From NCBI GenBank assembly GCA_964345915.1, contig CAYFTD010000172.1, positions 1 through 35,017 of the forward strand: DNA of 35,017 nucleotides, given 5' to 3'. Shown here one piece after another: positions 24,230-32,355 of the stretch. How positions within the stretch are numbered: position 1 is the first letter of the stretch; every line of letters starts with the position of its first letter. Both the position numbers and the translations under genes were made by a program. The notes under the pieces are model-generated. The model saw nothing but the letters and a program-made list of their open reading frames with translations, was not told the origin of the DNA and made no database searches. This DNA comes from an uncultured archaeon. GTDB taxonomy: Archaea; Asgardarchaeota; Thorarchaeia; Thorarchaeales; Thorarchaeaceae.

Positions 24230-26122
24230 TTGACCAGGCCAAAGGAATTACTTGAAGACAAAGTTGGCAAGAAGGCCCTACTTCTGGCAAATGAGGCAAT
24301 TGCTCGTGGAGTCCTTGAGGCTGGAGTTCGTCTTGTAGCATTATACCCTGGAACTCCAAGTAGTGAGATAGGAAACAATCTGACCTCAATGGCACCACAC
24401 ATATCCAACTTCTATTTCGAATTCAGTGCAAATGAGAAGGTTGCTTTGGAAGTGGCTGGAGCCGCTGCTGTGGCCGGTGTTAGATCTATGATGGTCTGCA
24501 AGGGGCCTGGTCTCAATGTGGCCGCAGACCCATTCTTTTCTCTAGCATATGTTGGCGTGCGTGCTGGAATGGTGATTGTAGTCGCCGATGATCCGAGTAT
24601 GTGGAGCTCTCAAAACGAGAATGACAGTAGATACTATGCACTGATGGGCAACATGCCAATGATTGAGCCAGCAGATCCTGCAGAAGCCAAGGCAATGTTG
24701 CTGGAGGCGTATGAGATATCGGAGGAATTGGAGCTACCCGTACTTTTCAGAACCACCACCCGTGTCAACCATACCAGAGCTCCAGTTGAGTTCAACAAAA
24801 TCAAAGAGAGGCCAAACACTATAGACTTTGTAAAGGAGCCCTTTCGTTTTGTCCCAATACCTTCCGTGGCAAGGAAACGTCATCCAATACTCTTGGAACT
24901 GATGAAGAGGGCGACTGAAATTTCAGAATCTACATCTCTCAACTTCACGCACGGACAAGGGGACCTTGGGATTATTACTAGCGGAGTTTCTTACAACTAT
25001 GTCCTTGAAGCACTCTCCACTATGAACCTTGAGGCAGAAGTTCTCAAGCTAGGTATGACGCATCCGGTTCCTGAGAAAACCATCATCGACTTTCTGAAGC
25101 GCCACAAGAAAGTTGTCGTGGTCGAAGAGCTTGAGCCTTTCCTGGAAACACACGCTCGACGAATAGCACAACTACGATCAATCCCCGTTGAGATTGTAGG
25201 GAAGGAACAGGACTACTTCTCTCGCGCATACGAATATAGTCCAAGGATTGTCATCGAGGCTCTTTCAAGGATTATGAATCGTAATACAAGTATTAACTGG
25301 AATGCTATTGACCAGAAGGTGAAGAAGCTCCCAGATCTTCCTCCGAGACCACCGTTGTTGTGTGCGGGATGTCCTCATCGAGCTACATATTATGCAATCA
25401 GGAGTGCTACGCGTGGCAAAGCCATATACCCCTCAGACATAGGGTGCTACACTCTAAGCATTTCACCACCACTAGAAACCGCAGATATCCTGTTTGACAT
25501 GGGCTCATCAATAACCACTGCTTGCGGCCTAGCACGTGTGACAAATCAAGATGTCGTGGCATCGATAGGTGATAGTACGTTCTTTGCATCTGGACTTCCA
25601 GGCATTGCAAATGCTGTCTACAATCGTCATCCAATCAGTCTGGTTGTCCTTGACAATCGTACTACTGCAATGACTGGCCATCAACCGCACCCTGGTACTG
25701 GAATCACCGGAATGCAAGAAGAGGTACCCCCTTTGGACATAGCAGAAGCATGTAGGGGTCTTGGCGTGGAGTATGTGATAGATGTAGATCCATTCGCACC
25801 TTTGGCAAATCTTGTTGCACAGGTTCGAGAGATGGTGACTTGGGTAAGGGAGAACGAAGCACCTGCAGTGATGGTGTCAAAGGCACCCTGTGCTCTTCTC
25901 ACAGCCGCTAATCGACGTAAGACCGGAGAGTATCCTCCAGACTACTATGTTGACGAGGAGCTATGCAATACATGCAAACGTTGTCTGAATCGTCTATCCT
26001 GTCCAGCGATGTATCTCGATTCTGAAACTGAGAAGGCCGTGATTGAAGAAACTCTTTGCAACCTTTGTGGTACCTGTACAGACGTATGTCCTCAAGGTGC
26101 AATCAAGCAAGAGGAGGTATGA
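24230..26122 (+). CDS. iorA: Indolepyruvate:ferredoxin oxidoreductase, alpha subunit
   Basis: 630 aa. NEAIARGVLEAGVRLVALYPGTPSSEI, TPP site GDSTFFASGLPG, and C-terminal ferredoxin-like Cys motifs (CNTCKRCLNRLSCP, CNLCGTCTDVCP). TTG start 8 nt after a GGAGG. Confidence 0.9.
   Translation: MTRPKELLEDKVGKKALLLANEAIARGVLEAGVRLVALYPGTPSSEIGNNLTSMAPHISNFYFEFSANEKVALEVAGAAAVAGVRSMMVCKGPGLNVAADPFFSLAYVGVRAGMVIVVADDPSMWSSQNENDSRYYALMGNMPMIEPADPAEAKAMLLEAYEISEELELPVLFRTTTRVNHTRAPVEFNKIKERPNTIDFVKEPFRFVPIPSVARKRHPILLELMKRATEISESTSLNFTHGQGDLGIITSGVSYNYVLEALSTMNLEAEVLKLGMTHPVPEKTIIDFLKRHKKVVVVEELEPFLETHARRIAQLRSIPVEIVGKEQDYFSRAYEYSPRIVIEALSRIMNRNTSINWNAIDQKVKKLPDLPPRPPLLCAGCPHRATYYAIRSATRGKAIYPSDIGCYTLSISPPLETADILFDMGSSITTACGLARVTNQDVVASIGDSTFFASGLPGIANAVYNRHPISLVVLDNRTTAMTGHQPHPGTGITGMQEEVPPLDIAEACRGLGVEYVIDVDPFAPLANLVAQVREMVTWVRENEAPAVMVSKAPCALLTAANRRKTGEYPPDYYVDEELCNTCKRCLNRLSCPAMYLDSETEKAVIEETLCNLCGTCTDVCPQGAIKQEEV
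25281..25296. repeat. Bipartite GTAWTAC motif (GTAATACAAGTATTAA)
   Basis: Inverted heptamers in 9-bp register, inside iorA. Confidence 0.6.
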
Positions 26123-26748
26123 CAGTGACTAGTAATAATAGTAATACAGTCAATGTGGCTATTGCTGGTGTTGGAGGCCAGGGCGTGTTGTCTCTTGCTG
26201 AGATATTAGCAAAGGCGGCCTTGGCTGACTCTCATAATGTCCGTGTGGGTGAGATTCACGGAATGGCCCAACGTGGGGGACATGTCGTCTGTACCGTCAG
26301 AATTGGAGATGGTGTACGAGGACCAATTGTGGATCCCGGTTCTGCCAACTTACTTGTTGGTTTTGAACCAATTGAAACACTACGTGAGATCCACTATGTG
26401 ATGGAGGACGGTTGCGTACTGATGAGCTCTCATGTTCAATATCCAGTAGCTGTTTCAATGGGCAACACGGAGTATCCAGCACATGAGAAGATCATTGCAG
26501 ATATGAGAAAATTCACGGATTGTATCCTAGAAATTAATGCAATGGAGCTCGCGAAAGAGGCCGGGAACGCTCTGTCCCTAAATATGGTAATGCTAGGCGG
26601 AGTTCTTGGAACCGGAGTGACACCAATAAAGAAGGATACAACCATTGAGGTGGTACGCACTACATTCTCCAAGAAGTATGAGTCCGTCAATCTCAAGGCC
26701 CTAGAACTTGGAATGTCGTCAGTTCAAGCATTGGCCAAGCATGCATAG
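26119..26748 (+). CDS. iorB: Indolepyruvate:ferredoxin oxidoreductase, beta subunit
   Basis: The ATG at 26119 overlaps the iorA stop (ATGA) and follows GAGGAGG. NVAIAGVGGQGVLSLAEILAKAAL and GEIHGMAQRGGHV are typical IorB / gamma-domain motifs. The tracked 26056 start would overlap iorA. Confidence 0.9.
   Translation: MTVTSNNSNTVNVAIAGVGGQGVLSLAEILAKAALADSHNVRVGEIHGMAQRGGHVVCTVRIGDGVRGPIVDPGSANLLVGFEPIETLREIHYVMEDGCVLMSSHVQYPVAVSMGNTEYPAHEKIIADMRKFTDCILEINAMELAKEAGNALSLNMVMLGGVLGTGVTPIKKDTTIEVVRTTFSKKYESVNLKALELGMSSVQALAKHA
26132..26148. repeat. Bipartite GTAWTAC motif (GTAATAATAGTAATACA)
   Basis: Direct heptamers in 9-bp register at the 5' end of iorB (codons SNNSNT). Confidence 0.55.
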
Positions 26749-26781
26749 TGGTTCTCATATGTGAAAGATGGGTCGGTATGA

Positions 26782-26800
26782 CTTGTATTACAATCATTAC
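26782..26800. repeat. Bipartite GTAWTAC motif (CTTGTATTACAATCATTAC)
   Basis: Intergenic, just after iorB. Confidence 0.65.
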
Positions 26801-26838
26801 ACGACCAAAAGCCAGGATCACAATGAAACTCGATCAGC

Positions 26839-27339
26839 TTGCAGTTGAAATGGCAAGACACTACAGACTTTGTTATTGTAGGACCTCATAAGCACAGAAG
26901 CCTCACCAACCTACGAACTGACTTGCATGTCCCAGATGAAGATACCCGGTCTATCCTGTTCGAACCTAAGTTGACTCCGTCCATACTCGCAAGTGTCCCT
27001 GGTTGTTTCAAGAAGACACTTATTGAATCAACTGAGAAATTAAGAAAGAAGCGGAAGTCAGTCCTAGTTTCCAGTAATAGTCTAGCCAACAGATTCATTC
27101 TAGAAAGGTGGGGGATCAGGCCATCACAACGCAAACGGTATCGGAATCTATTTGCAGACGTCCGGAAGCACTGTCGAGCTATCTTTCACCACTATCTTGC
27201 AAGAGGGAAGATTGAATGGACTGACAGCAAGAAGAGGCATGTGTTTGGTGTCTTCAAGTTTGACGAGATCCGAGGGAACCTAATCCTAGGATTTGTCTTG
27301 ATGCCACCAGAGGCAGAATGGAAGCTCCCACTTAGATAG
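26839..27339 (+). CDS. Hypothetical basic protein (doubtful ORF, no in-frame ATG near the 5' end)
   Basis: 166-codon ORF opened by TTG. Lys/Arg-rich (KLRKKRKS, RPSQRKRYR). No recognisable motif. It is the longest ORF in an 814-bp gap between iorB and the 27563 gene. Confidence 0.3.
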   Translation: MQLKWQDTTDFVIVGPHKHRSLTNLRTDLHVPDEDTRSILFEPKLTPSILASVPGCFKKTLIESTEKLRKKRKSVLVSSNSLANRFILERWGIRPSQRKRYRNLFADVRKHCRAIFHHYLARGKIEWTDSKKRHVFGVFKFDEIRGNLILGFVLMPPEAEWKLPLR

Positions 27340-27415
27340 CCTACCAACCTCTTTCTCTCCTCAGACTTGTTCTCTTGGTGTTTACCGGCGAGCATTTAAG
27401 CCAACCATCGCAATC

Positions 27416-27429
27416 ATTTGTATACAAAT
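27416..27429. promoter_or_regulatory. Perfect 14-bp palindrome ATTTGTATACAAAT
   Basis: It shares the TTGTA/TACAA arms of the CTTGTAWTACAAG motif but lacks the central base. It lies in the spacer upstream of the 27563 HTH gene. Confidence 0.4.
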
Positions 27430-27519
27430 CTGTATCCGCACAGTGCCCCATCAGATCAACAAAGAAAACAGTGCTCATAATCCCTTAAACACGCTTCACA
27501 AGGTTATGAAGCCATTTTC

Positions 27520-27535
27520 TGAAAGGCGCCTTTCA
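27520..27535. promoter_or_regulatory. Perfect 16-bp palindrome TGAAAGGCGCCTTTCA (candidate operator)
   Basis: It lies 27 nt upstream of the GTG at 27563 (39 nt upstream of the ATG at 27575). Confidence 0.4.
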
Positions 27536-27562
27536 ACCAAAGCGTGATACAGAAACCAGTCG

Positions 27563-28141
27563 GTGAATGATGCCATGAGTTCCAAGAAATCGGATCCGAA
27601 GAGAGATGGAGTTTCAATCAAGCAACTTGCCACCTCCACACGGCGAGTGTTGAAGGAGCCAATACTGAAGGCACTCCTCGATCAATCAGTACTAACCACG
27701 ACCCAGTTGGAAACCCTACTAATCGACTTGGTCGTGGAGGATGAGTATGGCAGCCACATCCCATACGATGACAAAGCCTCCTTTCGATCAAGGTCTGGAA
27801 GAAAGGCAACCGGCGTCACCCGCGGTGCTTTCAACAGAACACTGAAACAAGCACGAAGGAATGTTACTCGATGCTTCTACACGATGCTTCTTCTAGCATA
27901 CCTAGGCATGTTCGATCACACACTCTTTCGTCCTTTCGAAGAGGTTGCTACCAGAATCGGTGATTACCGGAGAGTACGTGACGTACTCTCAGGCAAAGCA
28001 GAGTTGTCAAAGGAAGAAATCGAGAGCTATCGTCTGGTCGAGGAAACGATACTGTCCGCACTAGAAGAGCTCAATGCGTCATCAGCCCTCAAGTCAGAGC
28101 TCTCGAGGCGTAAGGCAGTAACTACAGCCAGACAACGATGA
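27563..28141 (+). CDS. Hypothetical protein with a putative HTH (sigma-r4 / HTH_10-like) segment
   Basis: 192 aa (GTG 27563; ATG 27575 after an SD-like GGTGA). GRKATGVTRGAFNRTLKQARRNV resembles the ..G.S...v...l..A...l recognition-helix pattern. The C-terminal part is helical and acidic. Confidence 0.5.
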   Translation: MNDAMSSKKSDPKRDGVSIKQLATSTRRVLKEPILKALLDQSVLTTTQLETLLIDLVVEDEYGSHIPYDDKASFRSRSGRKATGVTRGAFNRTLKQARRNVTRCFYTMLLLAYLGMFDHTLFRPFEEVATRIGDYRRVRDVLSGKAELSKEEIESYRLVEETILSALEELNASSALKSELSRRKAVTTARQR

Positions 28142-28144
28142 AGT

Positions 28145-28160
28145 GTAATACAATTAATAC
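28145..28160. repeat. Bipartite GTAWTAC motif (GTAATACAATTAATAC)
   Basis: Intergenic, between the 27563 and 28206 genes, immediately upstream of the TATA-like box. Confidence 0.65.
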
Positions 28161-28162
28161 GC

Positions 28163-28178
28163 CAACCTTTTCATTAGG
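28163..28178 (+). promoter_or_regulatory. BRE/TATA-like element CAACCTTTTCATTAGG
   Basis: AACC-TTTT box ending 28 nt upstream of the GTG at 28206. Confidence 0.3.
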
Positions 28179-28205
28179 TATTGTCGAACTATCTGTTTTG
28201 ACTCG

Positions 28206-29447
28206 GTGGCTATCTTGACCAATGAGGACGACAAAAGGTGGTTCATGAGAGCGCTTAAGGACAAGGCAGCAGAATCCGAGAAAGAGCAGCAAATCAGTCA
28301 TCTTGCTGATGCAATCGGCGAACGAAGGGGTAGAGACCTGCTCGATGCCGTTGCTACAACAGAGCGTGATGAAGGATGGAATACCGCATTGCAATATCTG
28401 ATCAAGGCAGCGGAGGCCGATTACGTCACACCGGCAAGTTTCGGAAAAACACGTACAAGGATTGAGCCAATCAAGTACCGAGAGATGGTATTTGAGCTTC
28501 TTTCAGCTATCGGTCTGGAGCCTGTAGACTCCGATACAATCAATCTTCTCAAGAAACTGGAAGACGAAGACTCATTGGCCGAGGCCACACACTCTTTTGG
28601 TGCGCACGTCCAAAGACTGAGTCTACAGCAAATACAAAACGGTGATACTCTATTCTTTGATCTTCCAATGTCGAATGTTCAAGCGTTCGAGGAGCTAGAA
28701 ACTACCCTTGAATCCGCCAGGCTGGGAGAGATTGCCGGTCTTAGACTGATTCAAGATGGGAATGCAATTGATGTTACACCTCTTTGGTACTCAGAGTATG
28801 GCCGAAGGGCACTTTCGGAGTTGGGAGTCAAAGGAACACTACTGCCGACAGACCAGTTTGAAGTGGTATTATCAGTAATACAAGTATCACCACGCACCCG
28901 TGGCCAGATTCATATTCAAAGAGAGGAAGATGCCAGTCTAAAACACCCAGTTATCCCATCAAACTCATTGTATGCAAATCTGCTGAAGGCCATAATCAAT
29001 CAGGATCTGGACACCCTCTCTTCCCTTGCCAGTAAACACTCGTTCCCCGCCCTTAACGTCGTACTCGAGAACACAGTGACCCAGTATCATGAATCATCAT
29101 CGAGTGAGAACTACCGACTTGTACTTGAGTGTATGAAGAGCCATGTAGCAATTCGAAGCATTGACTCGATTATTGCACTCGAGAAGTTTGTAAGGCTTGA
29201 CGATCCCCGCATTGCAACACCAGCAATCAATGTTCTTGGAAATCTCTACAATGATTCTTCGGTTCTGACTCTTGCTGAAACTGTGTGCCGTGGCAAGAAG
29301 GAATGGATGATCCACCCTATACTGGATGCCCTAGAGAACATCTCCAAGAAGTGTCCTGAAACAATGCCTGCAATTGAAGGAATACTAGAATCTGATTGCA
29401 AGAATCGAACCATACTCAAACGTTTCCTAGGCAGAATCTCGAAGTAG
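28206..29447 (+). CDS. Hypothetical protein, C-terminal HEAT/ARM-like repeats
   Basis: 413-aa ORF with a GTG start. The C-terminal third has HEAT-like repeats (DDPRIATPAINVLGNLYN, HPILDALENISKKCPE). The N-terminal two-thirds are unassigned. Confidence 0.55.
   Translation: MAILTNEDDKRWFMRALKDKAAESEKEQQISHLADAIGERRGRDLLDAVATTERDEGWNTALQYLIKAAEADYVTPASFGKTRTRIEPIKYREMVFELLSAIGLEPVDSDTINLLKKLEDEDSLAEATHSFGAHVQRLSLQQIQNGDTLFFDLPMSNVQAFEELETTLESARLGEIAGLRLIQDGNAIDVTPLWYSEYGRRALSELGVKGTLLPTDQFEVVLSVIQVSPRTRGQIHIQREEDASLKHPVIPSNSLYANLLKAIINQDLDTLSSLASKHSFPALNVVLENTVTQYHESSSSENYRLVLECMKSHVAIRSIDSIIALEKFVRLDDPRIATPAINVLGNLYNDSSVLTLAETVCRGKKEWMIHPILDALENISKKCPETMPAIEGILESDCKNRTILKRFLGRISK
28865..28890. 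repeat. Triple GTAWTAC motif (GGTATTATCAGTAATACAAGTATCAC)
   Basis: Three alternating heptamers in 9-bp register inside the HEAT-like gene. It shares GGTATTAT-NN-GTAWTACA with the 30423 and 33443 copies. Confidence 0.65.
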
Positions 29448-29498
29448 GTTGATGGAATCACGGAGAATCTCGGCAGACATAAATCGACTGTAGGCCGC

Positions 29499-30896
29499 GT
29501 GAGGATTATGACGGACTCGCAAGTGGACAAGTTCCACGAGATTGATCTCTTTTTCAATCCTAAGCGAGTGGCACTAGTCGGAGCTTCTTCCGACCATCGA
29601 AAACTAGGCCATACAATTCTGACGAATCTCTTGGAGTCCGAGGTCGAAACTTATCCAGTGACACGAAGTGGGAACCAAATACTTGGAGCCAAGGCTTATC
29701 CAAGTCTAGCAGATCTTCCAAAGGCGGTCGATTTGGTCATAGTGGCAGTCGCAGCAAAACATTGTTCGAGTCTGATGGCCGAAGTCCAAAAGGCAGGAGC
29801 CAAAGCTGCGGTTGTCGTTTCAGGAGGGTTCAGTGAAATAGGCAGTGCTGGTTCAAAGCTTGAGGGAGAGCTTGTGAAGGCAGCAAAGAATGCTGGCGTC
29901 AGGATCATAGGACCGAATTGTGTTGGTGTTTCCAACACCAAACTCTTCAATGGAACCTTCACTATGATGCCTGAATCAGGCAATATTGCTCTCGTTTCTC
30001 AGAGCGGTGCATTGGGTGGAATGATCGTCTATGAAACTCGAGCGAAAGGGATTGGGATGAGCAAGTTCGCAAGTTTGGGAAACGCAGCCGATGTACAATT
30101 CTCTGAAATCATTGACTACCTGGGGGAGGATCCTGGGACGACTGTAGTTGCTGTGTACGTTGAAGGAGTGGACCACGGCAGGGCCTTTTTTGAGTCACTT
30201 CATGGAGCCGCACGCAAGAAACCAGTTGTCATACTGAAGGGCGGCAGAAGCGAACTCGGTGGAAGGGCCACATTGTCCCACACTGGATCTTTGGCTGGTT
30301 CAGTCGAAGTGTTCAATGGGATGATTCGGCAAGCACGCTGTGTTACTGTTCCTACTCTGAACAGCCTCCTTGAAGTGTGCAAACTCTTTGACTATCAACC
30401 ACTCCCCAAGGGACGTAATGTTGGTATTATTAGTAATACAGGCGGTGCAGGAGTTCTCGCCTCTGATGCCGCGTCTGATTATGGATTGACCGTCCCTATC
30501 CTTGACAAGAGTACTAGACAGGAATTAAACCAGATTCTTCCTGACATGGCATCAGTAAGTAATCCTGTAGATCTAGTTGCAAGTGGGGGCCGGAGAGAAT
30601 ACCGTGCGAGTACCGAGCTGCTGCTGAAGAATCCCAATATAGACATTCTGTTAGTCATATGTGCAGTTCCAACATTCGCTGGTATGACACTGACGGAGCA
30701 CGCTGAAGGAACTCTCGAAGGCATTCGGGACGCCTCTGAGAGAAAGCCTGTTGTTGGAGTATGGTTAGCCGCAGATGTAGGAGCACCTGGAAGGAACTTA
30801 CTCGAAACGAACAAAGTTCCATGCTATGATGATCCATCTCTGGCAGCACTGTGCATTTCCCGAGTTACGGAATACGCAGAGATGCAAATGAAATGA
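29499..30896 (+). CDS. acdA: Acetyl-CoA synthetase (ADP-forming) / acyl-CoA synthetase, alpha subunit
   Basis: CoA-binding N-terminus FFNPKRVALVGASSDHRKLGH, IGPNCVGV, LVSQSGALG, phosphohistidine-loop region SHTGSLAG and GIISNTGGAGVLASD. The likely ATG start is at 29508. Confidence 0.85.
   Translation: MRIMTDSQVDKFHEIDLFFNPKRVALVGASSDHRKLGHTILTNLLESEVETYPVTRSGNQILGAKAYPSLADLPKAVDLVIVAVAAKHCSSLMAEVQKAGAKAAVVVSGGFSEIGSAGSKLEGELVKAAKNAGVRIIGPNCVGVSNTKLFNGTFTMMPESGNIALVSQSGALGGMIVYETRAKGIGMSKFASLGNAADVQFSEIIDYLGEDPGTTVVAVYVEGVDHGRAFFESLHGAARKKPVVILKGGRSELGGRATLSHTGSLAGSVEVFNGMIRQARCVTVPTLNSLLEVCKLFDYQPLPKGRNVGIISNTGGAGVLASDAASDYGLTVPILDKSTRQELNQILPDMASVSNPVDLVASGGRREYRASTELLLKNPNIDILLVICAVPTFAGMTLTEHAEGTLEGIRDASERKPVVGVWLAADVGAPGRNLLETNKVPCYDDPSLAALCISRVTEYAEMQMK
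30423..30440. repeat. Bipartite GTAWTAC motif (GGTATTATTAGTAATACA)
   Basis: Inside the ACD alpha gene, across the codons for the conserved GIISNT. Confidence 0.6.
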
Positions 30897-30924
30897 CGAA
30901 TTTGCAGCAGAAGCATATCTCCTT

Positions 30925-30947
30925 GTATCATGTGTATTACAAGAAGT
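30925..30947. repeat. Bipartite GTAWTAC motif (GTATCATGTGTATTACAAGAAGT); left arm of a 15-bp inverted repeat
   Basis: It lies in the spacer between the convergent ACD and RHH genes. TGTATTACAAGAAGT (30933-30947) is the exact reverse complement of 32265-32279. Confidence 0.7.
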
Positions 30948-30973
30948 GAATGAGTTTGATTCGGTTGATGAGG

Positions 30974-31261
30974 CTACCCTTGTAGATGTCTGCTGGCTAT
31001 GTCCGGAAACTCTTCAGACAAAGCTTCCCGTAATCTCCGTTCAACCCACATACTCAGATTGATTGCCCTTTCATTTCTCACGTTTTGAAGACATGATCTA
31101 AGCTCTGTGGTGAACGAGAACGAAACAATTGGACTCTTTCGTTCTTTGTTAGGCACTGCTACGACAGACCTACTTCTTTCAGCGACTGTGGTTCTCTCCA
31201 TAGCTGTTGGTCTTGCATCTCTCTCTTCTTCGGAATCTCGATACTTCTTTAGAACACTCAA
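30974..31261 (-). CDS. Ribbon-helix-helix (CopG/Arc-like) small DNA-binding protein
   Basis: IVSFSFTTELRSCLQNVRNERAINLSMWVERRLREAL gives a beta-strand plus two helices in the RHH pattern. The TTG start at 31261 is 2 nt after the upstream AAA+ stop; the alternative Met (MERTT) gives 75 aa. Confidence 0.55.
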   Translation of the reverse strand: MSVLKKYRDSEEERDARPTAMERTTVAERSRSVVAVPNKERKSPIVSFSFTTELRSCLQNVRNERAINLSMWVERRLREALSEEFPDIASRHLQG

Positions 31262-31263
31262 AC

Positions 31264-32238
31264 CTAGCGCACCTCTCTAAGCAATTCAGCATATGCTTCT
31301 GATACTAGTTTGGCAGTTTCTCTGTCCACTTCTGGATCTCCGTTGCGTCTGAAACCCTCTGCGGCCACCTGTTGACATCCTCTTGCCAACATCCGGATGT
31401 CACGTGGGTTCCCCTTGGCCGCTTCATTGATGACCTCAATTGCAGCATCATCGAATGGGTAGATCTCAAAGCTACCAGGGTCAAAGCTGTCTATGCGTCC
31501 TTGAGCATAGTAGATTCTTCTCCCGATGAACTCCTTTGCTTTCTGATTATCAAACGGTGGGACATCCAAAGGCTCAGTCCTGTCTGCAATCTGTGGTAAA
31601 AACGAAAGCATGGCATTCCAGTAGATTGCGGTGCCAGACATTATCAAAGTGACAATCGGTTCATCGAGCACGTCCGGATAATCGGCTTTCATTTCTTGAG
31701 TTGGAAGATCAGCCAGATAACGCAGCTTGTGGAATGCCGTTTCCTGATTGTCTGCGACATCCTCAAGGAACAGTGCAGTGCGACAGTTCTCTTCGATATA
31801 CCTTCTCACAGATTCCTGAGCGACAGTCTCTATGATTTGACTGGACTCCCATGACCTTCGATACTTTATCCTCAAAGAGTCGGCAATGGCAGCCGACATC
31901 TGTTTCTCATAGAGTCCTGTCATGCCAACGTAACCAGTCACGAATTTGTTTCCTTTGCGATCAGCTAAGGTCGGCAGGTCTCTGAGAGCAAGCAACATCA
32001 GCGTACTCTTCCCAGATCCCACTGGGCCTCTAAGGAAGATATGCCGTTCATTAGTGAGAATCAGATCCACAAGGTGATCCAGGAATTCCGGCCATTCAAT
32101 GTAGAGTCGTGAGTCCGGCATCTTGTAACCACGAAAGGGAGAGAACCGAGCACCAATCCGCTCTTCCCAAGCCCGCAAAACTTCCTTGCGAGTGTTGAAG
32201 TGGCGGATCAACGCACTCTCATGAATCGCTATTGTCAT
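31264..32238 (-). CDS. AAA+ ATPase, Orc1/Cdc6-like (or ExeA/TniB-like AAA_22) module without a winged-helix domain
   Basis: Walker A FLRGPVGSGKSTL, Walker B ALFLEDVAD, sensor-1-like LIMSGT, PPF..QKAKEFIGRRI and a lid with GNPRDIRMLARGC (compare GDAR..L.LL of Cdc6). The protein ends ~40 aa after the lid. Confidence 0.7.
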   Translation of the reverse strand: MTIAIHESALIRHFNTRKEVLRAWEERIGARFSPFRGYKMPDSRLYIEWPEFLDHLVDLILTNERHIFLRGPVGSGKSTLMLLALRDLPTLADRKGNKFVTGYVGMTGLYEKQMSAAIADSLRIKYRRSWESSQIIETVAQESVRRYIEENCRTALFLEDVADNQETAFHKLRYLADLPTQEMKADYPDVLDEPIVTLIMSGTAIYWNAMLSFLPQIADRTEPLDVPPFDNQKAKEFIGRRIYYAQGRIDSFDPGSFEIYPFDDAAIEVINEAAKGNPRDIRMLARGCQQVAAEGFRRNGDPEVDRETAKLVSEAYAELLREVR

Positions 32239-32262
32239 GATGTGTACCCCACGGTATCACAT

Positions 32263-32280
32263 GTACTTCTTGTAATACAA
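32263..32280. repeat. Bipartite GTAWTAC motif (GTACTTCTTGTAATACAA); right arm of a 15-bp inverted repeat
   Basis: It lies 27-42 nt upstream of the AAA+ gene start (32238, minus strand). ACTTCTTGTAATACA is at 32265-32279. Confidence 0.7.
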
Positions 32281-32355
32281 TCCTCCGATGAGTCAGTGGC
32301 TAATAAGTAGTACGGTGAATCTTCCGGTGTCTACTCTTTTCACACCAACAAGACG

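Noticed and set aside
26056-26118. Upstream extension of iorB to the tracked start at 26056.
   Set aside because: It would overlap iorA by 67 nt. The ATG at 26119 forms an ATGA stop/start overlap, is preceded by GAGGAGG, and gives the usual N-terminus just before the GVGGQG motif.
30897-30973. C/D-box sRNA candidates in the motif-bearing spacers (for example TTGATGAGG at ~30964, ATGATGG at ~32431, CGATGAAG at ~28136).
   Set aside because: No spacer contains a proper RUGAUGA C box paired with a 3' CUGA D box at the right distance with terminal complementarity.
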